This document shows, piece by piece, positions 20,678 to 32,189 of a DNA stretch of 64,000 nucleotides; position 1 is the first letter of the stretch, and each line of letters starts with the position of its first letter. Made by a program: the position numbers and the translations under genes. Source of the DNA: Gammaproteobacteria bacterium. Lineage in GTDB: Bacteria > Pseudomonadota > Gammaproteobacteria > UBA4575. Where the stretch lies: assembly GCA_965205275.1 (NCBI GenBank), contig OZ242168.1:756068-820067 (forward strand), read 5' to 3'. The notes below the pieces were generated by a model that was not told the origin of the DNA, ran no database searches, and saw nothing but the letters and a program-made list of their open reading frames with translations.

Positions 20678-21400
20678 CTATGCAAGGTAGGCATTCAGCC
20701 CAGATGAAAGTTTGATGCCTGAATAGAGCAATCCCGCGAGGTTACGGTTTCCGCCTTGATGCGTGAGCCAATAAGAACGAGTGTCTGCCCGAACACCTCT
20801 TGCGAGGTCATCTACAAATTTCCAGAATGCGTCCTGATCTTTTGGCCTGACCGCGTATACGAACAAAGCGGCGACCCCCGGCTGTTTGCTTTGAACGTAC
20901 CGGGTCAGAACTTTGGACAAACGATCCATGTCAGTCCGATAGAGCCTGTTGTCATCCGCATCGCCATGCTCGCTGTAACTCATCGGATCCATGGTAAACA
21001 GCCAGGGTGTTTGAAGGTCGTTCGGACATGCCAGTATACCGCCAGGACCCACTTGCTTGCGCCACGACGCACAAACCGGGAGGACGCGTGAACCGGACCA
21101 ATCATCAAGCAGTGATTTATGTTTGGCGCAACAGGTTTCCGTAATGCCACCGGACAGCTTGTCCTTTCCGATGACAGTGCGCAGCAGTTCTGCCGTGTTG
21201 GGATAATGCTCCTTTGATGCGTTCGTTTCTCGGTACGCGCTCACGAGCGCCGGTTCATTGGATTGCTGCGGTGCACTTGAGGCCTTCAAGGCGCCCTCAA
21301 GCTTATTGCAGGCTTGTTCTGGCTTTCGCTTTTCAAGTGTCTCGAAAGGTGCCATCCCATGTGTAAGGGCAATATGAAGTGGTCTACTAAATCCGGACAC
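20678..21400 (-). CDS. hypothetical protein
   Basis: 240-aa ORF convergent with the disrupted HNH-like gene. Only a vague resemblance to the RlmJ/DUF519 family (..DPMSYSE...GVAALFVYAV..), which I do not trust. Confidence 0.3.
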   Translation of the reverse strand: MSGFSRPLHIALTHGMAPFETLEKRKPEQACNKLEGALKASSAPQQSNEPALVSAYRETNASKEHYPNTAELLRTVIGKDKLSGGITETCCAKHKSLLDDWSGSRVLPVCASWRKQVGPGGILACPNDLQTPWLFTMDPMSYSEHGDADDNRLYRTDMDRLSKVLTRYVQSKQPGVAALFVYAVRPKDQDAFWKFVDDLARGVRADTRSYWLTHQGGNRNLAGLLYSGIKLSSGLNAYLA

Positions 21401-21437
21401 CGAGTTAAGGCATTAAACTGCCATAACGAGGTGAACG

Positions 21438-21731
21438 ATGACAATAGAAACGACAAAGAGACGGAGCTACACGGAAGCGTTCAAGCGGGAAGCGGTAGCG
21501 CTGGTAACAGAGCAGGGTTACAAGATTTCGGAGGCGGCGAGGAGCTTGGATATTGGCGCGAATTTGTTACGTCGCTGGCGCCGGCAATTTGAAGAGGAAG
21601 CCTCGGGAGCGCGCCTGAGTATGGATGAGCGTGAGGAGTTGAAGCGGCTGCGCAAAGAGGTCCGCAGCTTGCGGCTAGAGAAAGAGATTTTAAAAAAAGC
21701 GAGCCAGTACTTCGCGAAGGAAATGAAGTGA
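21438..21731 (+). CDS. IS3 family transposase OrfA
   Basis: 97 aa. HTH ...KISEAARSLDIGANLLRRW... and leucine zipper. Confidence 0.85.
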   Translation: MTIETTKRRSYTEAFKREAVALVTEQGYKISEAARSLDIGANLLRRWRRQFEEEASGARLSMDEREELKRLRKEVRSLRLEKEILKKASQYFAKEMK

Positions 21732-22594
21732 AGTACGGATTCATAGGCAGGCATGCAGGCCGTTACCGGGTGACGATGCTGTGCCGTGTACTGGGGGTTC
21801 AGCGTAGCGCGTACTACGCCTGGCGAGGGCAGCCAGGCAAAGCCATTGAACCGCAGGAGCTGGCGTTGCGGGGGCGCATGAAAGCGCTATTTGCGGCCTC
21901 TCGCGGCAGTCTGGGCAGTCGCATGCTGATGAACAACCTTAACCAGGAAGGCTTTCAGATTGGTCGTGAGCGCACGCGTCGTTTGATGAAGACACTGAAT
22001 CTGAAGGTCAGACACAAGCGCAAATACAAGGTGACGACGGACCGCAAGCACCGGCTGCCGGTCGCGAAGAACGTGTTGAACCGCGCGTTCTCGCCATCGG
22101 CACCGAACCAGGCCTGGGGCGCGGACATCACCTATCTGTGGACGCAGCAGGGCTGGATTTATCTGGCCGTGGTCATTGACCTGTATTCCCGACGCGTGGT
22201 GGGTTGGTGCATCGACCGGCGCCTGAAAAAAGCGCTGGTGCTGCGTGCTTTGATGATGGCGATCAACCTGAGAAAACCGCTGCCGGGTCTGCTGCATCAT
22301 TCCGACCGAGGCAGTCAGTACGCCAGTCATGACTATCAGCGATTGCTGAAACAGCACGGCATAATCTGCAGCATGAGTCGCAAAGGTAATTGCTGGGACA
22401 ATGCCCCGGCAGAGCGATTCTTCAGCAGCCTGAAACGGGAATGGACCGGTGATCGCTGGTACCGAACCCGGCAGGAAGCGATTGCCGACGTGCGCGAATA
22501 CGTGGCGGTGTATTACAACTCGAGACGCTTGCATTCCACGCTTGGGTATACAACACCGATGGATTACGAAAACGTCCTTAACAACGTGTCCTAA
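21728..22594 (+). CDS. IS3 family transposase OrfB
   Basis: 288 aa. rve integrase core (...WGADITYLW...[11 protein letters not shown]...), C-terminal LHSTLGYTTP. Confidence 0.85.
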   Translation: MKYGFIGRHAGRYRVTMLCRVLGVQRSAYYAWRGQPGKAIEPQELALRGRMKALFAASRGSLGSRMLMNNLNQEGFQIGRERTRRLMKTLNLKVRHKRKYKVTTDRKHRLPVAKNVLNRAFSPSAPNQAWGADITYLWTQQGWIYLAVVIDLYSRRVVGWCIDRRLKKALVLRALMMAINLRKPLPGLLHHSDRGSQYASHDYQRLLKQHGIICSMSRKGNCWDNAPAERFFSSLKREWTGDRWYRTRQEAIADVREYVAVYYNSRRLHSTLGYTTPMDYENVLNNVS

Positions 22595-22764
22595 ATCGGT
22601 TGACCACTACAGAAATATAAAAACCTAACGCCACCATCAGCATCAGCCAATTAGCGTTCGCAGCAGAGGGGTGCAGAAAGATTTGTTACACAGGACGCGG
22701 ATTCTGTGATACGATTACTATGTAATCATTATGAACCGCACTGAACTGAGAGGACTATAAACAG

Positions 22765-23004
22765 ATGGGAACAGAGGCATTTAGTGTCCGGACGGACAGC
22801 AAGAAGGTCAAGCAGCTTGACAAGCTTGCAGAGTTCCAGGAGAGGTCACGCAATTACCTAGTCAACCAGGCAATCGACCAGTTTCTGGAGCAGCACGCCT
22901 GGCAGGGCGAGCGCACCAAAGAGGGGATCAAGGCCGCAGATGAGGGCCGATTCGTTAGTGATGCCGATATGGAGCACTTATTCAATAAATACGAAGAAGC
23001 CTGA
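22765..23004 (+). CDS. parD: ribbon-helix-helix antitoxin (ParD/CopG-like)
   Basis: 79 aa. N-terminal ribbon-helix-helix pattern (FSVRTDSKKVKQLDKLA). Sits immediately upstream of a ParE/RelE-like gene with a 3-bp gap. Confidence 0.65.
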   Translation: MGTEAFSVRTDSKKVKQLDKLAEFQERSRNYLVNQAIDQFLEQHAWQGERTKEGIKAADEGRFVSDADMEHLFNKYEEA

Positions 23005-23006
23005 TT

Positions 23007-23294
23007 GTGCGTGTTCGTTGGACCGAACCGGCGGCACGAGCACTGAATAGTATTCAGGATTACATCGCTAGGGGGAATCCGAGGGCAGCGTTTGGAATCG
23101 CACAACGAATACGGATTGCTGTCAGTCAGCTCGAAAAACATCCGAAAATCGGCCGAGCCGGTCGAGTCCGGGGTACATATGAGCTGGTCATACATGGTCT
23201 TCCATACATCGTGCCGTATCGCATCAAGAAGAAGGAAGTGCAGATTCTCACTGTGTATCACACATCGAGAAAATGGCCAGAGGCATTCGAATAA
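23007..23294 (+). CDS. parE: ParE/RelE family toxin
   Basis: 95 aa, basic. ParE-like organisation (...YRI...EVQILTVYHTSR...). Paired with the upstream antitoxin. Confidence 0.65.
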   Translation: MRVRWTEPAARALNSIQDYIARGNPRAAFGIAQRIRIAVSQLEKHPKIGRAGRVRGTYELVIHGLPYIVPYRIKKKEVQILTVYHTSRKWPEAFE

Positions 23295-23343
23295 GCGTGT
23301 AATGAAGATTTTTTTGCGGAATTCCCTAGATTAAGGTCTTTTG

Positions 23344-23526
23344 TTAATCATCACTAGACACAACATGAGCGCAAAATCCGCATAGACCTTTACCAGTTCT
23401 AAAGAAAATTTCCCTTTCACCATACGGAATTTCATTACCACAACGTAAGCACTTCCAGTTTTCAATATCACATTTTGCAAGCCATTTTTGCTCGGTATCA
23501 ATGAGTTTGTCTTTTAGGGTTCCCAT
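23344..23526 (-). CDS. small zinc-ribbon protein (two C-x2-C pairs)
   Basis: 60 aa. CDIENWKCLRCG...CGFCAH. Confidence 0.3.
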   Translation of the reverse strand: MGTLKDKLIDTEQKWLAKCDIENWKCLRCGNEIPYGEREIFFRTGKGLCGFCAHVVSSDD

Positions 23527-23662
23527 GTTTTAATTCTCTTCACATACACTTAATAGTTCCCAATATATATCTAGGAGCTCTTCATTAAAGCTTGGGGCAT
23601 CCCGTCACGGGAATCGCCGCCTATTTTTGTCCAGGCTCTGCTCGCCTTTTTAGCACTGTCCT

Positions 23663-24028
23663 TCATCTGCCAAAAGATAGGTTTGAACCCATCACGGGGG
23701 AAACAGCTAGATTAGGATTTTCAAGTATATGTGTATGCAAACGCAATAATGCAATTTGATAATCCAATAACCCCGGATATGCAACTGCGTACATATTTGC
23801 TTCTTGTTGCACTTCATCCAGTTCGACCCTATTTTTTAGCGCACGAAAAAGGCTGTCTATCTGGGATTGCTGATACTCATGTGCAGGGCTTTGCCTACCA
23901 ATGCAACCAGTAATAGTATGGCTATCAGGCATGGATTGATTTTCATCATTTTCTCCTTCGTTATCACTCATCAAAATCAAGGTCGAAGTCCGCATTTTTC
24001 TTTGGGTATGCTCTTTGGGTCTGCGCAT
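23663..24028 (-). CDS. hypothetical protein
   Basis: 121-aa ORF. No motif recognised. Confidence 0.25.
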   Translation of the reverse strand: MRRPKEHTQRKMRTSTLILMSDNEGENDENQSMPDSHTITGCIGRQSPAHEYQQSQIDSLFRALKNRVELDEVQQEANMYAVAYPGLLDYQIALLRLHTHILENPNLAVSPVMGSNLSFGR

Positions 24029-24259
24029 AAATTCATCCTATGCTAGTTGTGAACCCTTGTGAGTTACAGTCCTCTGGACGATAAGTTCACGCGCTTCTTT
24101 TGGACAGGAAAATATACTACTTGAATCAGATTATAATAGAGTCATAAGACTCAGTTTCATTAGTTACCTGACCAATTAAAACGCTGGTTTTATAGAAAAT
24201 AAATAGCGAACATGCCTCCTGTTTTTAGTAATACAGAAAGTAATACTTTGCTATTTTTA

Positions 24260-25720
24260 CAATCAGAAATAGAGCTATTGTCAAATCTGGTGTATGCCGA
24301 TGAAATCAAGCGGCAACCTGGTCTGATTGTTCAATTTCTTCTCCGTTAATAAATTTCACGCCTTCAACAATCTTCGCCAGGTATGCAAAGCCGCGTAGTT
24401 TTCGCCAGTTCTTCTCAGCGCACTGGCCAAGCTTGAACATCATGTGCAATAAACTGTCGCGCGTCATACAGCCTTTTGTTCGTGTCGTACGATGACGGAT
24501 GGTGGCAAAGGTCGACTCGATCGGATTGGTCGTTCGAAGGTGCTGCCAGTGCACTGCGGGAAAATCATAGAACGTCATTAACGATTGCCGATCCTTGAGC
24601 AGGCAGTTGGTCGCCTTCGGATACCTGGCTTCATAGGTGACGATAAACTGATCAAAAGCCTGCTCGGCATGCTCGCGGGTGGCGGCCTGCCAGATCTCGT
24701 GCAGCGCCGATTTGGCTTTCGGCTGAACGCTCTTTGGCATCGCGTTGAGCACATTGCCGGTCTTATGCATCCAGCAGCGTTGTTGACGGGTCGCCGGGAA
24801 TACTTCCTCGAGCGCCGCCCAGAAACCCAGGGCACCATCGCCGAGCGCCAGTTCCGGGGCATTCATGCCGCGTGTCTTCAGATCCAGCAGCACTTCGCGC
24901 CAACTCTGTGTTGACTCCCGAATGCCGTCCTCGATCGCCAGAAAATGCTTGTCACCACGCGCGTTGACGGCCACGATTACCAGCGCGCACAGCCGCTGGC
25001 GATCCGCTCTCAGGCCACTGTAGATACCGTCCGCCCAGATATACACCCAGCGATCGTGGCCTAAACGACGACGTCGCCAGCTCTCGTATTCCTGCCGCCA
25101 CGTCTGCCTCAGGCGCGATACCGTACTCGCCGATAAACCCTTGGCTTCGGCGCCCAGCAGCACTTCCAGCGCCGGCTGCATCTCGCCGGTGGAAATCCCC
25201 TTCAGATACAGCCATGCCAGCGCCGCTTCCAGACTCGCGGTCTTGCGCACATACGGCGGTACCAGCGCCGAGTGAAAACTCACCGGCTTGCCGTCACGGC
25301 TGCGTATCTTCGGTACCTGCACCGTTACCGGGCCAATGCCGGTCTGAATGTCTCGCGCCGGCTGATAGCCGTTCCTGACCACCGCCGTACGACCCACCTC
25401 ATCTCGCCGCCCAGACAACGCCGAGAGTAGTTCACTAACCTCTAATTCCAGACCCTGTGCAATCAGCTTGTGTGCTCCGTCGCGGATTAACTCCGTCAGC
25501 TCGTCACGGATCTTCTCTCGACCTGATAATGCGACAACGTTATGCTTACTCATGGTGGCGTATCTCCTCAGTTGAATGAATTGCTTCGTAACAACCATTT
25601 CAACCAGATATGCCGCCTTTTTTCAATTCAGCCGTACACCACTTTCGACCATAACTCGCCAAACGCAATGAATACTTAAAGCTACTTGCTGACAATATTG
25701 ACCCCATAGAGCACAAGCTT
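24260..25720 (-). mobile_element. IS256 family insertion sequence (ends approximate)
   Basis: Mutator-type transposase gene. Imperfect terminal repeats containing ...tgacaata... lie near both ends. Confidence 0.65.
24306..25553 (-). CDS. IS256 family (mutator-type) transposase
   Basis: About 415 aa from MSKHNVVAL. The conserved IS256 C-terminal ...HLRTTNPIESTFATIRHRTTRTKG... is present. Confidence 0.85.
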   Translation of the reverse strand: MSKHNVVALSGREKIRDELTELIRDGAHKLIAQGLELEVSELLSALSGRRDEVGRTAVVRNGYQPARDIQTGIGPVTVQVPKIRSRDGKPVSFHSALVPPYVRKTASLEAALAWLYLKGISTGEMQPALEVLLGAEAKGLSASTVSRLRQTWRQEYESWRRRRLGHDRWVYIWADGIYSGLRADRQRLCALVIVAVNARGDKHFLAIEDGIRESTQSWREVLLDLKTRGMNAPELALGDGALGFWAALEEVFPATRQQRCWMHKTGNVLNAMPKSVQPKAKSALHEIWQAATREHAEQAFDQFIVTYEARYPKATNCLLKDRQSLMTFYDFPAVHWQHLRTTNPIESTFATIRHRTTRTKGCMTRDSLLHMMFKLGQCAEKNWRKLRGFAYLAKIVEGVKFINGEEIEQSDQVAA

Positions 25721-26014
25721 GAAAAGGAGAGGCTCCACGCAGAAAAAACAAAATACGCTGGAGGCAGTAACCGGTCAGTGGATTCAGATTAAAAGAACGT
25801 ACCGCAGGCTTTGCATTCGGGCTTCGAATGCGGCCGCGTCACTACCACGTTTCACCGGGTAGTGACACGGCCGAGTACGCTGGACTATCCGTTCCTGGAG
25901 GACTCGCCAGGCATTGTGCAATCCCAGGCTATGCTTCGAACCTGACAACCCGTTGATATGCTGTTCCGGATCGAAGAGTGCCGCAGCCAGGAAAGCTTAA
26001 GACTCCCCGTACCC

Positions 26015-29000
26015 CTACCAGTGTGCCTGCATCCGGATTCCGATCTTGTGCTCAGGCTCGCGGTCCTCGTTCCTCGCATCCAGCCGCGAACCCTCAGCCC
26101 GGATGTTGAAACCAAGATTCCTGGCCACCGGACCCTCAAGGAGCCAGCCCAAGCGAATCTCGCGGTCTGCCTCCGAGAGTCCAAATCCCACCTCGGGGGT
26201 ACCTGTATAGCGCCTGCCCAGCACAGGCATGCCGTAGCTCAGCTTCGCTTCCAGACGGCGTCGCAACGCATCGTCATTAGCCACACCTAACCCCTGTGCG
26301 GTATCAGGACGTAATAGTGCTTCGACCCCACCGGTCGCAGAGGCACCGATCGTCTGACTCAACGTCAGTGCCAACCCCCGGTCCGAGGCCGGGTTCGGAT
26401 CCCAGGCAAACGAGCCTGAGAAGCCCCGCTCCTGAAAATCACTGTCCTCATGGGTCAGCAGACCCCGTGCACGCACCTCCGCCTGAATCCCGCGCTCAGG
26501 ATCCCTCCAGGCAATGCCTGCACCGATATCCACCCCGAAGCCGGTCTCGGCATCACCGCCGTCATGACGCACCCCCACTTCAAAGCCAGGCTCGAAGGCA
26601 CTGCTGCCTGTCTCGATGCCGTGCCAGGTCCCCTTGAAGCCAAACCGCAGCCGCGTTACATCGGCCTCAGAGGCCATGAGAGTACCGCTGCTCTCGTGCT
26701 GTGAGTCCGATTCCGTTCGAACCACCATAGCATCCGAGGTGGCCGCAAGCTCAAGTCCGCCCTCCTCGGACGGCTTTGCCAGCAACCCTCGGCCGCCAAC
26801 GGCTGCCATCTTCATATCCATGTCCGTCTCGATCCGTGCACCGACCTTGGGGGTCAGCTTGAATTCACCTGAACCGTAGCCCACCGTACCCCATACCGAC
26901 AGCCGCTTGCTGATCTCGTAGCGCCCGTACGGATAGAGTCCAGTGAGTGTGGTTCTTATCGTGCCATCGTCCAACTCCGAGCGGTAATCGCCCTCGCCGT
27001 TCGAATGCGACAGGGCAAGGCCCATTGTCGCCCGGCCCTGCGCCCAGTCCGTACCCAGCAGTATGCTCTGCACCTCACCATCCAGGGACAGCTCACCCTC
27101 GTGACCATCAAAGCGAGAGAGCGCAACTCGACCCCACAGCGCACCGAAACCGTTATCTCCGATCTCGCCCGTCAGTGCAAACGAAAAGCCCGTGAGCAGG
27201 TCCTGTGCCGTGACCTTGCGGGCACCAGGACGGGGAGGCCTCATCGGTCTCACGATCGAGCCAGTTAGTCAGTGTCTTATGGCGTGCATCTGCCGTCTGA
27301 TCATGTGCTGCCCGTTTGTCTGACTTAGGCTCGCGTGCCACGGCCCCGCCAATTCGCTGCCCGGCCAGGTTGAGTTTCACCCCCGGAACCCGTGAGGCCG
27401 TCATCCGGCCTTCCACCGCATCCAGCACCTAGTCCGCGACCGTGCGTCCGAACCGCGCCAGCCATCCCGGAAGCGTTGACGGGTCGACCACTACCACTGT
27501 GAGGGAGAACTCGTCCGATACAAACGCTGCCCCATCACTTGCCGTCACTGTTACAAGTACTGTCTCTCCATCGCTCAGACCCGGTGTTCCCGTGAACGTG
27601 CGTGTGACTGTGTCAAACGTCTGCCACAATGGCAGCGAGCCACCATGGTGCATCGTTGCGCCGTACGTCAACGGATCGCCGTCTGCATCCATGAATGCAT
27701 CCTCTGGAACCACATAGGTAAACGGCTCACCCACCAAAGCAGTCTGGTCCTCCAGTGGGATCGCGACAATGGGCGGAGTGTTCCTCGATATCACCTCGCT
27801 CCCCAGTCCCCTTACTCCTTCAGCAGATGACGATGATATAACAGGCAATGTCACCTTCACCTCCTTCGATTCCGCACCCAGGCCGTTTACGTTACTCGCC
27901 CGTACCTTAAAGACATACGAGTTGCCGTTGTGAAGCTGCGTTATCGTCTCCTCGAAGCTTGCGCCTTCAGGGTCGATCCCTGAGCCGGACCAGCCCTCGA
28001 ACGTCGTCGTGTCTGATTCATGGTTGAAGTACCCGAGCCGCCAACTGTAGCTGATGATGGGCGACCCGCCATCGCTGTCCGGGGCGTCCCACATCAACGT
28101 TACCTGACTGTCGCTCAGCACCGCACGTACATTCTTCGGCTCTGTGGGGGTATCAGGGGCCGTGGTGGTTGCAGAGGCAACGTTCGAAGCAGCACCGGTA
28201 CCGGCAGAATTGGTGGCAGAGACACGGTAGTCGCGAGTCGTGCTGGGGGACAGGTCGGGGTGGCTGTAGGCAGTGTCCGTATTGCCGGTATTGGCATCGA
28301 GGTCTTCCCAGTCGTTGCCGCCATCAGTGGACACCTCGATCCGGTAGCCGGTGACGGGGGAATCGCCAGTGTAACCAGGGGCTGCCCAAGACAGTTCAAT
28401 CTGGGTCTTCCCGTCGGCCCGCGCCATCAGGCGCTGCGGTGCACTCGGGGTGCCATCGGGAGTCGGCGTGGTGAGAGTGGCAACGTTGGAAGCGTTACTG
28501 GTACCCTCTGAGTTGATCGCGATGACACGGTAGTAGCGGGTCGTGCCGGGAGCGAGACCGGTCTCAGTGTAGGTAGTATCCGAATTACCTGTATCTTCGA
28601 CCACGTCGTTCCAGATCACATTCAATCCCGTCTGGCGCCCGTCAGGGGATTCCTGGATTTGGTAGCCTGTGATGACGCGCCCGCCATTGTCGACCGGGGC
28701 GGCCCAGGACAGGTCGACCCGGGTTGATCCGTCGGCAGTCGCGGTAAGGCCCGTCGGTTCTCTCGGCCTGTGAGGCGTGCGGGTGGAGTTGTTGGTAACG
28801 GACTCATCGGTGAACGAGTGGGCATCGTTGCCGGATGTGTCCTGGATAGCATTGGCATCGTTGCCGGAGCTCGGATCTGTGTAGCTGACTGTAGCGGTCT
28901 GGCCCTGGCGGATATTGTTTGCCAAGTAGAGTTGTACTCGTCGGACGCCGTGAACCATGGAATCGATCGTTGCAGATTCGCCGCCGACGGTGACGGCGAA

Positions 29001-31005
29001 CGCGGTGATTGGAGGAAGGGTGGTGGAGAGTTGCTCCAGGAAGTGGACAACGACCGGAGTGCCTCCCGGCCCGACCTCGGCTGAACTGAACTCGGTTATG
29101 TTGATGACGTTGATGGTCACCGCCATCGTGTCGCTACCGCCATGACTGTCGTCGGCCTTAACCGTCACCGCGTAGCTCGCCTTGTCCTCACGGTTGTACG
29201 ATTCACCGACCTTGGTCTGGATCTGGCCGGTGGTCGAGCCGATGGTGAACTTGTCCTTGTCCGTACCCTCCAAGGTGTAGGTCAGTGTATCATTATCGTC
29301 GTCGGTCGCGGTGATCGCCGTGCCCACATTAGCAGCTGTCTGGATCGTCGCGTCATCAATCGTCTCGGTAATGCTCAACGTCGCGCTGTCGTTTGTAAAC
29401 ACCGGCGCATTGTTGGCCGGTTCATTGGTCGATCCGGCCCCCGTAGGCGACCAGGGGCTGTCCCCTTCGGCGTTGGTCGCCCGTACCTGCACCTGGTATT
29501 CCGTGGAGTGCGTGAGGCTCCCGATGCTCGTGCTGGTGCCAGTCACATCCTGCGGACCATTGATCCAGCTGGTGTCGGACATCTTCTTGTACTGTATATC
29601 GTAACTCGTAATCGCAGGGCGACCGGTATTGGTCGGTGCCGTCCAGGTCACGTCGAGGCTGGTCGTGCTTTCCTCAGTCGACGACGCTACAGGAGCTGCC
29701 GGTGCCAGCGGCGCCTCGTCCACGTCCGTGAGGGAGATGGTCACTGCAATCGTGTCCGTGCCGCCCTTGCTGTCGTCGGCCTTGACCGTCAACACGTAGG
29801 TACCCCCCGGCGCTTCGTAGTCGTAGCTTAGACCTACCTTGGTTTTGATCTGACCGGTCCCCCGAGTCGATTGTAAAAAAGCCCGCACCGGGGCCTTCCA
29901 TGGTGTAGATCAGCGTATCACTATCGTCGTCGGTCGCGGTGATCGCCGCGCCCACATTGGCAGCTGTCTGTACCACCGGATCACCGACCAACTCAGGGAA
30001 ACTCCGCGTCGTGCTGGAGGTCGCAAACTCCGGTGCATTGTTGGGAACCGGGGTATTGTTGGTCACACTCTGGTTCGTCAGTGCCACCGCGTTGTTGCCG
30101 GCGACGTCCTGCACAGGGTTCGAGGTCAGTTTGGTGTAGCTTACGGTCACTGCTTGCCCGTTGGTCACCGCCGTCCCCAGTGTCAAGGTGACCGTCTTGT
30201 CGCTCACGTCAACGCCTGAAGGTGTCGTAGCGGTGCCTGCTACAGAGACCGAATAGGCACTCGCAGCCGGCTCCGAGCCTTCATCCAGTGCCTCGTCGTA
30301 GGTCAGCACCAGCGACATACCGTTCACCGTTGCCGAGCTCAGCGTCGGCGCAGTGGTATCGGCCACGGTATTGACAGTGCCGTTGAACCGGATTCGGAAT
30401 GGCGAGCTTGTGCTAGGAGACCAGTCATCTGTACTCAGTCTTTTGAAGTAGGTGCCGTCACCAATGCTCCATCCGGCTGCACCGCCTGAATCCTCACTGC
30501 TTCCAAACACAGAGCCCAGCCAATAATCGCTGTATGTATCTACGTTGTCCCCTTGCGGACCCCCCGTATTATCGAACACGGCAAAATAATCCGTGTCTTT
30601 CTCAAGGGTCGCATTGGCCGGGGCAGTAAAGGTGTTCATGGCCGTAGCGGTGTACGTAACATGGTTCCACCCACCTTCACTATAGGTTGCCGGGTTGGTC
30701 AGTGTGTACGGGCAGTCGCTTGTATCCGGCTCACCGTCTGAATCAACCTCGCAGATGCGTATCCTCACTGTAGCCGCATCCTCAACCCCGAATACATAGA
30801 CTTCTACGGACGAAAGCGTATATCCGGTCGCATTGGAGCCCGTCGTGAACTTCTGCGACCTTGTTACAAAAGGCAGAGAGACATCGATGGCGTGATAGCG
30901 AATATCAAAGTCATCCCTGTCCTGAGCCACACCGACATTGCTTGTCAGGGTGGCGGCGTGTGCAAGCCCGGAGCCAGCTAAAATCACTGCAAAGACCAGC
31001 AGCAT
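26015..31005 (-). pseudogene. large autotransporter (type Va) adhesin with FN3/cadherin-like repeats, disrupted
   Basis: Fragments: 29674..31128 (signal peptide MLLVFAVILAGSGLAHA, repeats), 27429..29888 (FN3 repeats), 27153..27428 (linker), 26015..27253 (beta-barrel ending ...MQAHW). Two frame changes plus an in-frame TAG at 27429. Confidence 0.7.
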
Positions 31006-31789
31006 ACGGGCTGCAGTGTGACGCGCCAGCGTGTTCAAACAACGGCAATATCCCGGCCAACCAGAGCAACGCTCCAAGGACAATCTCTGCACTGCATGAC
31101 GATGAAATGAGCGGCCTGAATCAGTCATCCAGATCCACCTTTATTTCCCCCCCGATTGATCTGGACAACTTGTCGCAAGGTCTTTCTTTCGATCAGGAAC
31201 TGTCAGCCTGAACTTCGAATAAATTCGACTTTTGCTCGTGATAACTATGGTTGTCGGGAGTAAACCCCCAAGCCTGGCTGCACACATTAGGAGACCGATC
31301 TGCAGGAAGCTGCGGTACGCCCCAAGCAGCACCTGGTTGCGGGTACTGATTCCGCCTGGGCGCTGCAAGCATCCCTTCGGGGCAATCTGCAAAACGCCCG
31401 CGAAACCCTGTGCACCAACCCCGAACGTGCCCTCCGGTAGGACCTTGATACCTTCATAGCCTGGTGTGCCTGCAATGGCTACCGGCCCTGCCACGCATGA
31501 ACTGTATTTTTTAGGGGGGGGAATCAGTTTTTCCAACATAGTAGTGCTCCCCATGTGGGATATATAGAGGAGTGTACAAAAATGAGCGCTACTAATCCAC
31601 CTCAAATAAGGGGGTATCTAAATAGATTGGTACGGTGCCGGGCGCCGGGATACCAATAATGATGTGGTACATGTCTTGGATCGGACACCGGGACTACGGG
31701 ATTCTGCGCACGATTCGGGTAGATAATTGCCTGGAGTTCGTGTCCAAAAAGCTGGGCTTGTGGCCGATGCCAACAGTATGACCCTGTAC

Positions 31790-32028
31790 TCCTCACGCCC
31801 CTGAAAGCGAACGACAATACGCTTATTGGGGCATTGAACGCACAGGTACGACAGGAATGCCTGAACCGGCACTGGCTCTTGTCTTTGGGTAATGCACGAG
31901 TCGAGATTGACCGCTGGAAGAAGATGTATAACCAAGAACGGCTGCACAGCCAACCCGGGTATCAAACCCCGATGGAGTTTGCTGAAATGCACCGAAAACA
32001 GGACCCATTAAATCAGGGCTATGCATAA
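31790..32028 (+). pseudogene. IS3 family transposase OrfB C-terminal fragment
   Basis: ...ALNAQVRQECLNRHWLLSLGNARVEIDRWKKMYNQERLHSQPGYQTPMEF is only the last roughly 80 residues of an rve-type OrfB. Confidence 0.65.
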
Positions 32029-32189
32029 AGTTTGGCCCAGATTCCAGGGGAGGACCAACCGCTCCTGCTCTCTCCCGAAATCCGGCGCATACCCAAGGGC
32101 CTTGACATCGGTTGACACCGCCCGGTTAGGCTAAGTGCCTTTTATTTTGCCCGTTTTTATAGGTACTTCAGCAAGCTAAGGTCAACCCA

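Larger units (their letters stand above)
21374..22611 (+). mobile_element. IS3 family insertion sequence, apparently intact
   Basis: orfA and orfB overlap with an A7 slippery run (ttttaaaaaaagc). Terminal inverted repeats tgaagtggtctact... / ...gaccactaca. Confidence 0.75.

Noticed and set aside
20678-21400. Possible RlmJ/DUF519 rRNA methyltransferase identity for the 240-aa ORF
   Set aside because: Only a short, remembered similarity (DPxxYE...GVxAxxYxxV). Lacks the NPPW-type motif and is about 40 aa shorter. Left as hypothetical.
21887-22534. 215-aa minus-strand ORF inside the IS3 orfB
   Set aside because: Antisense to a motif-complete transposase gene.
28020-31211. + strand ORFs (for example 29142..29831 at 229 aa, 28020..28511) overlapping the autotransporter
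   Set aside because: Arg/Gly-rich antisense translations of the FN3-repeat coding strand. No independent support.
31141-31605. 154-aa ORF upstream of the autotransporter
   Set aside because: Low-complexity sequence with a poly-Pro from the C8 run, overlapped by other ORFs, no motif. Kept only as the location of the G8 tract.
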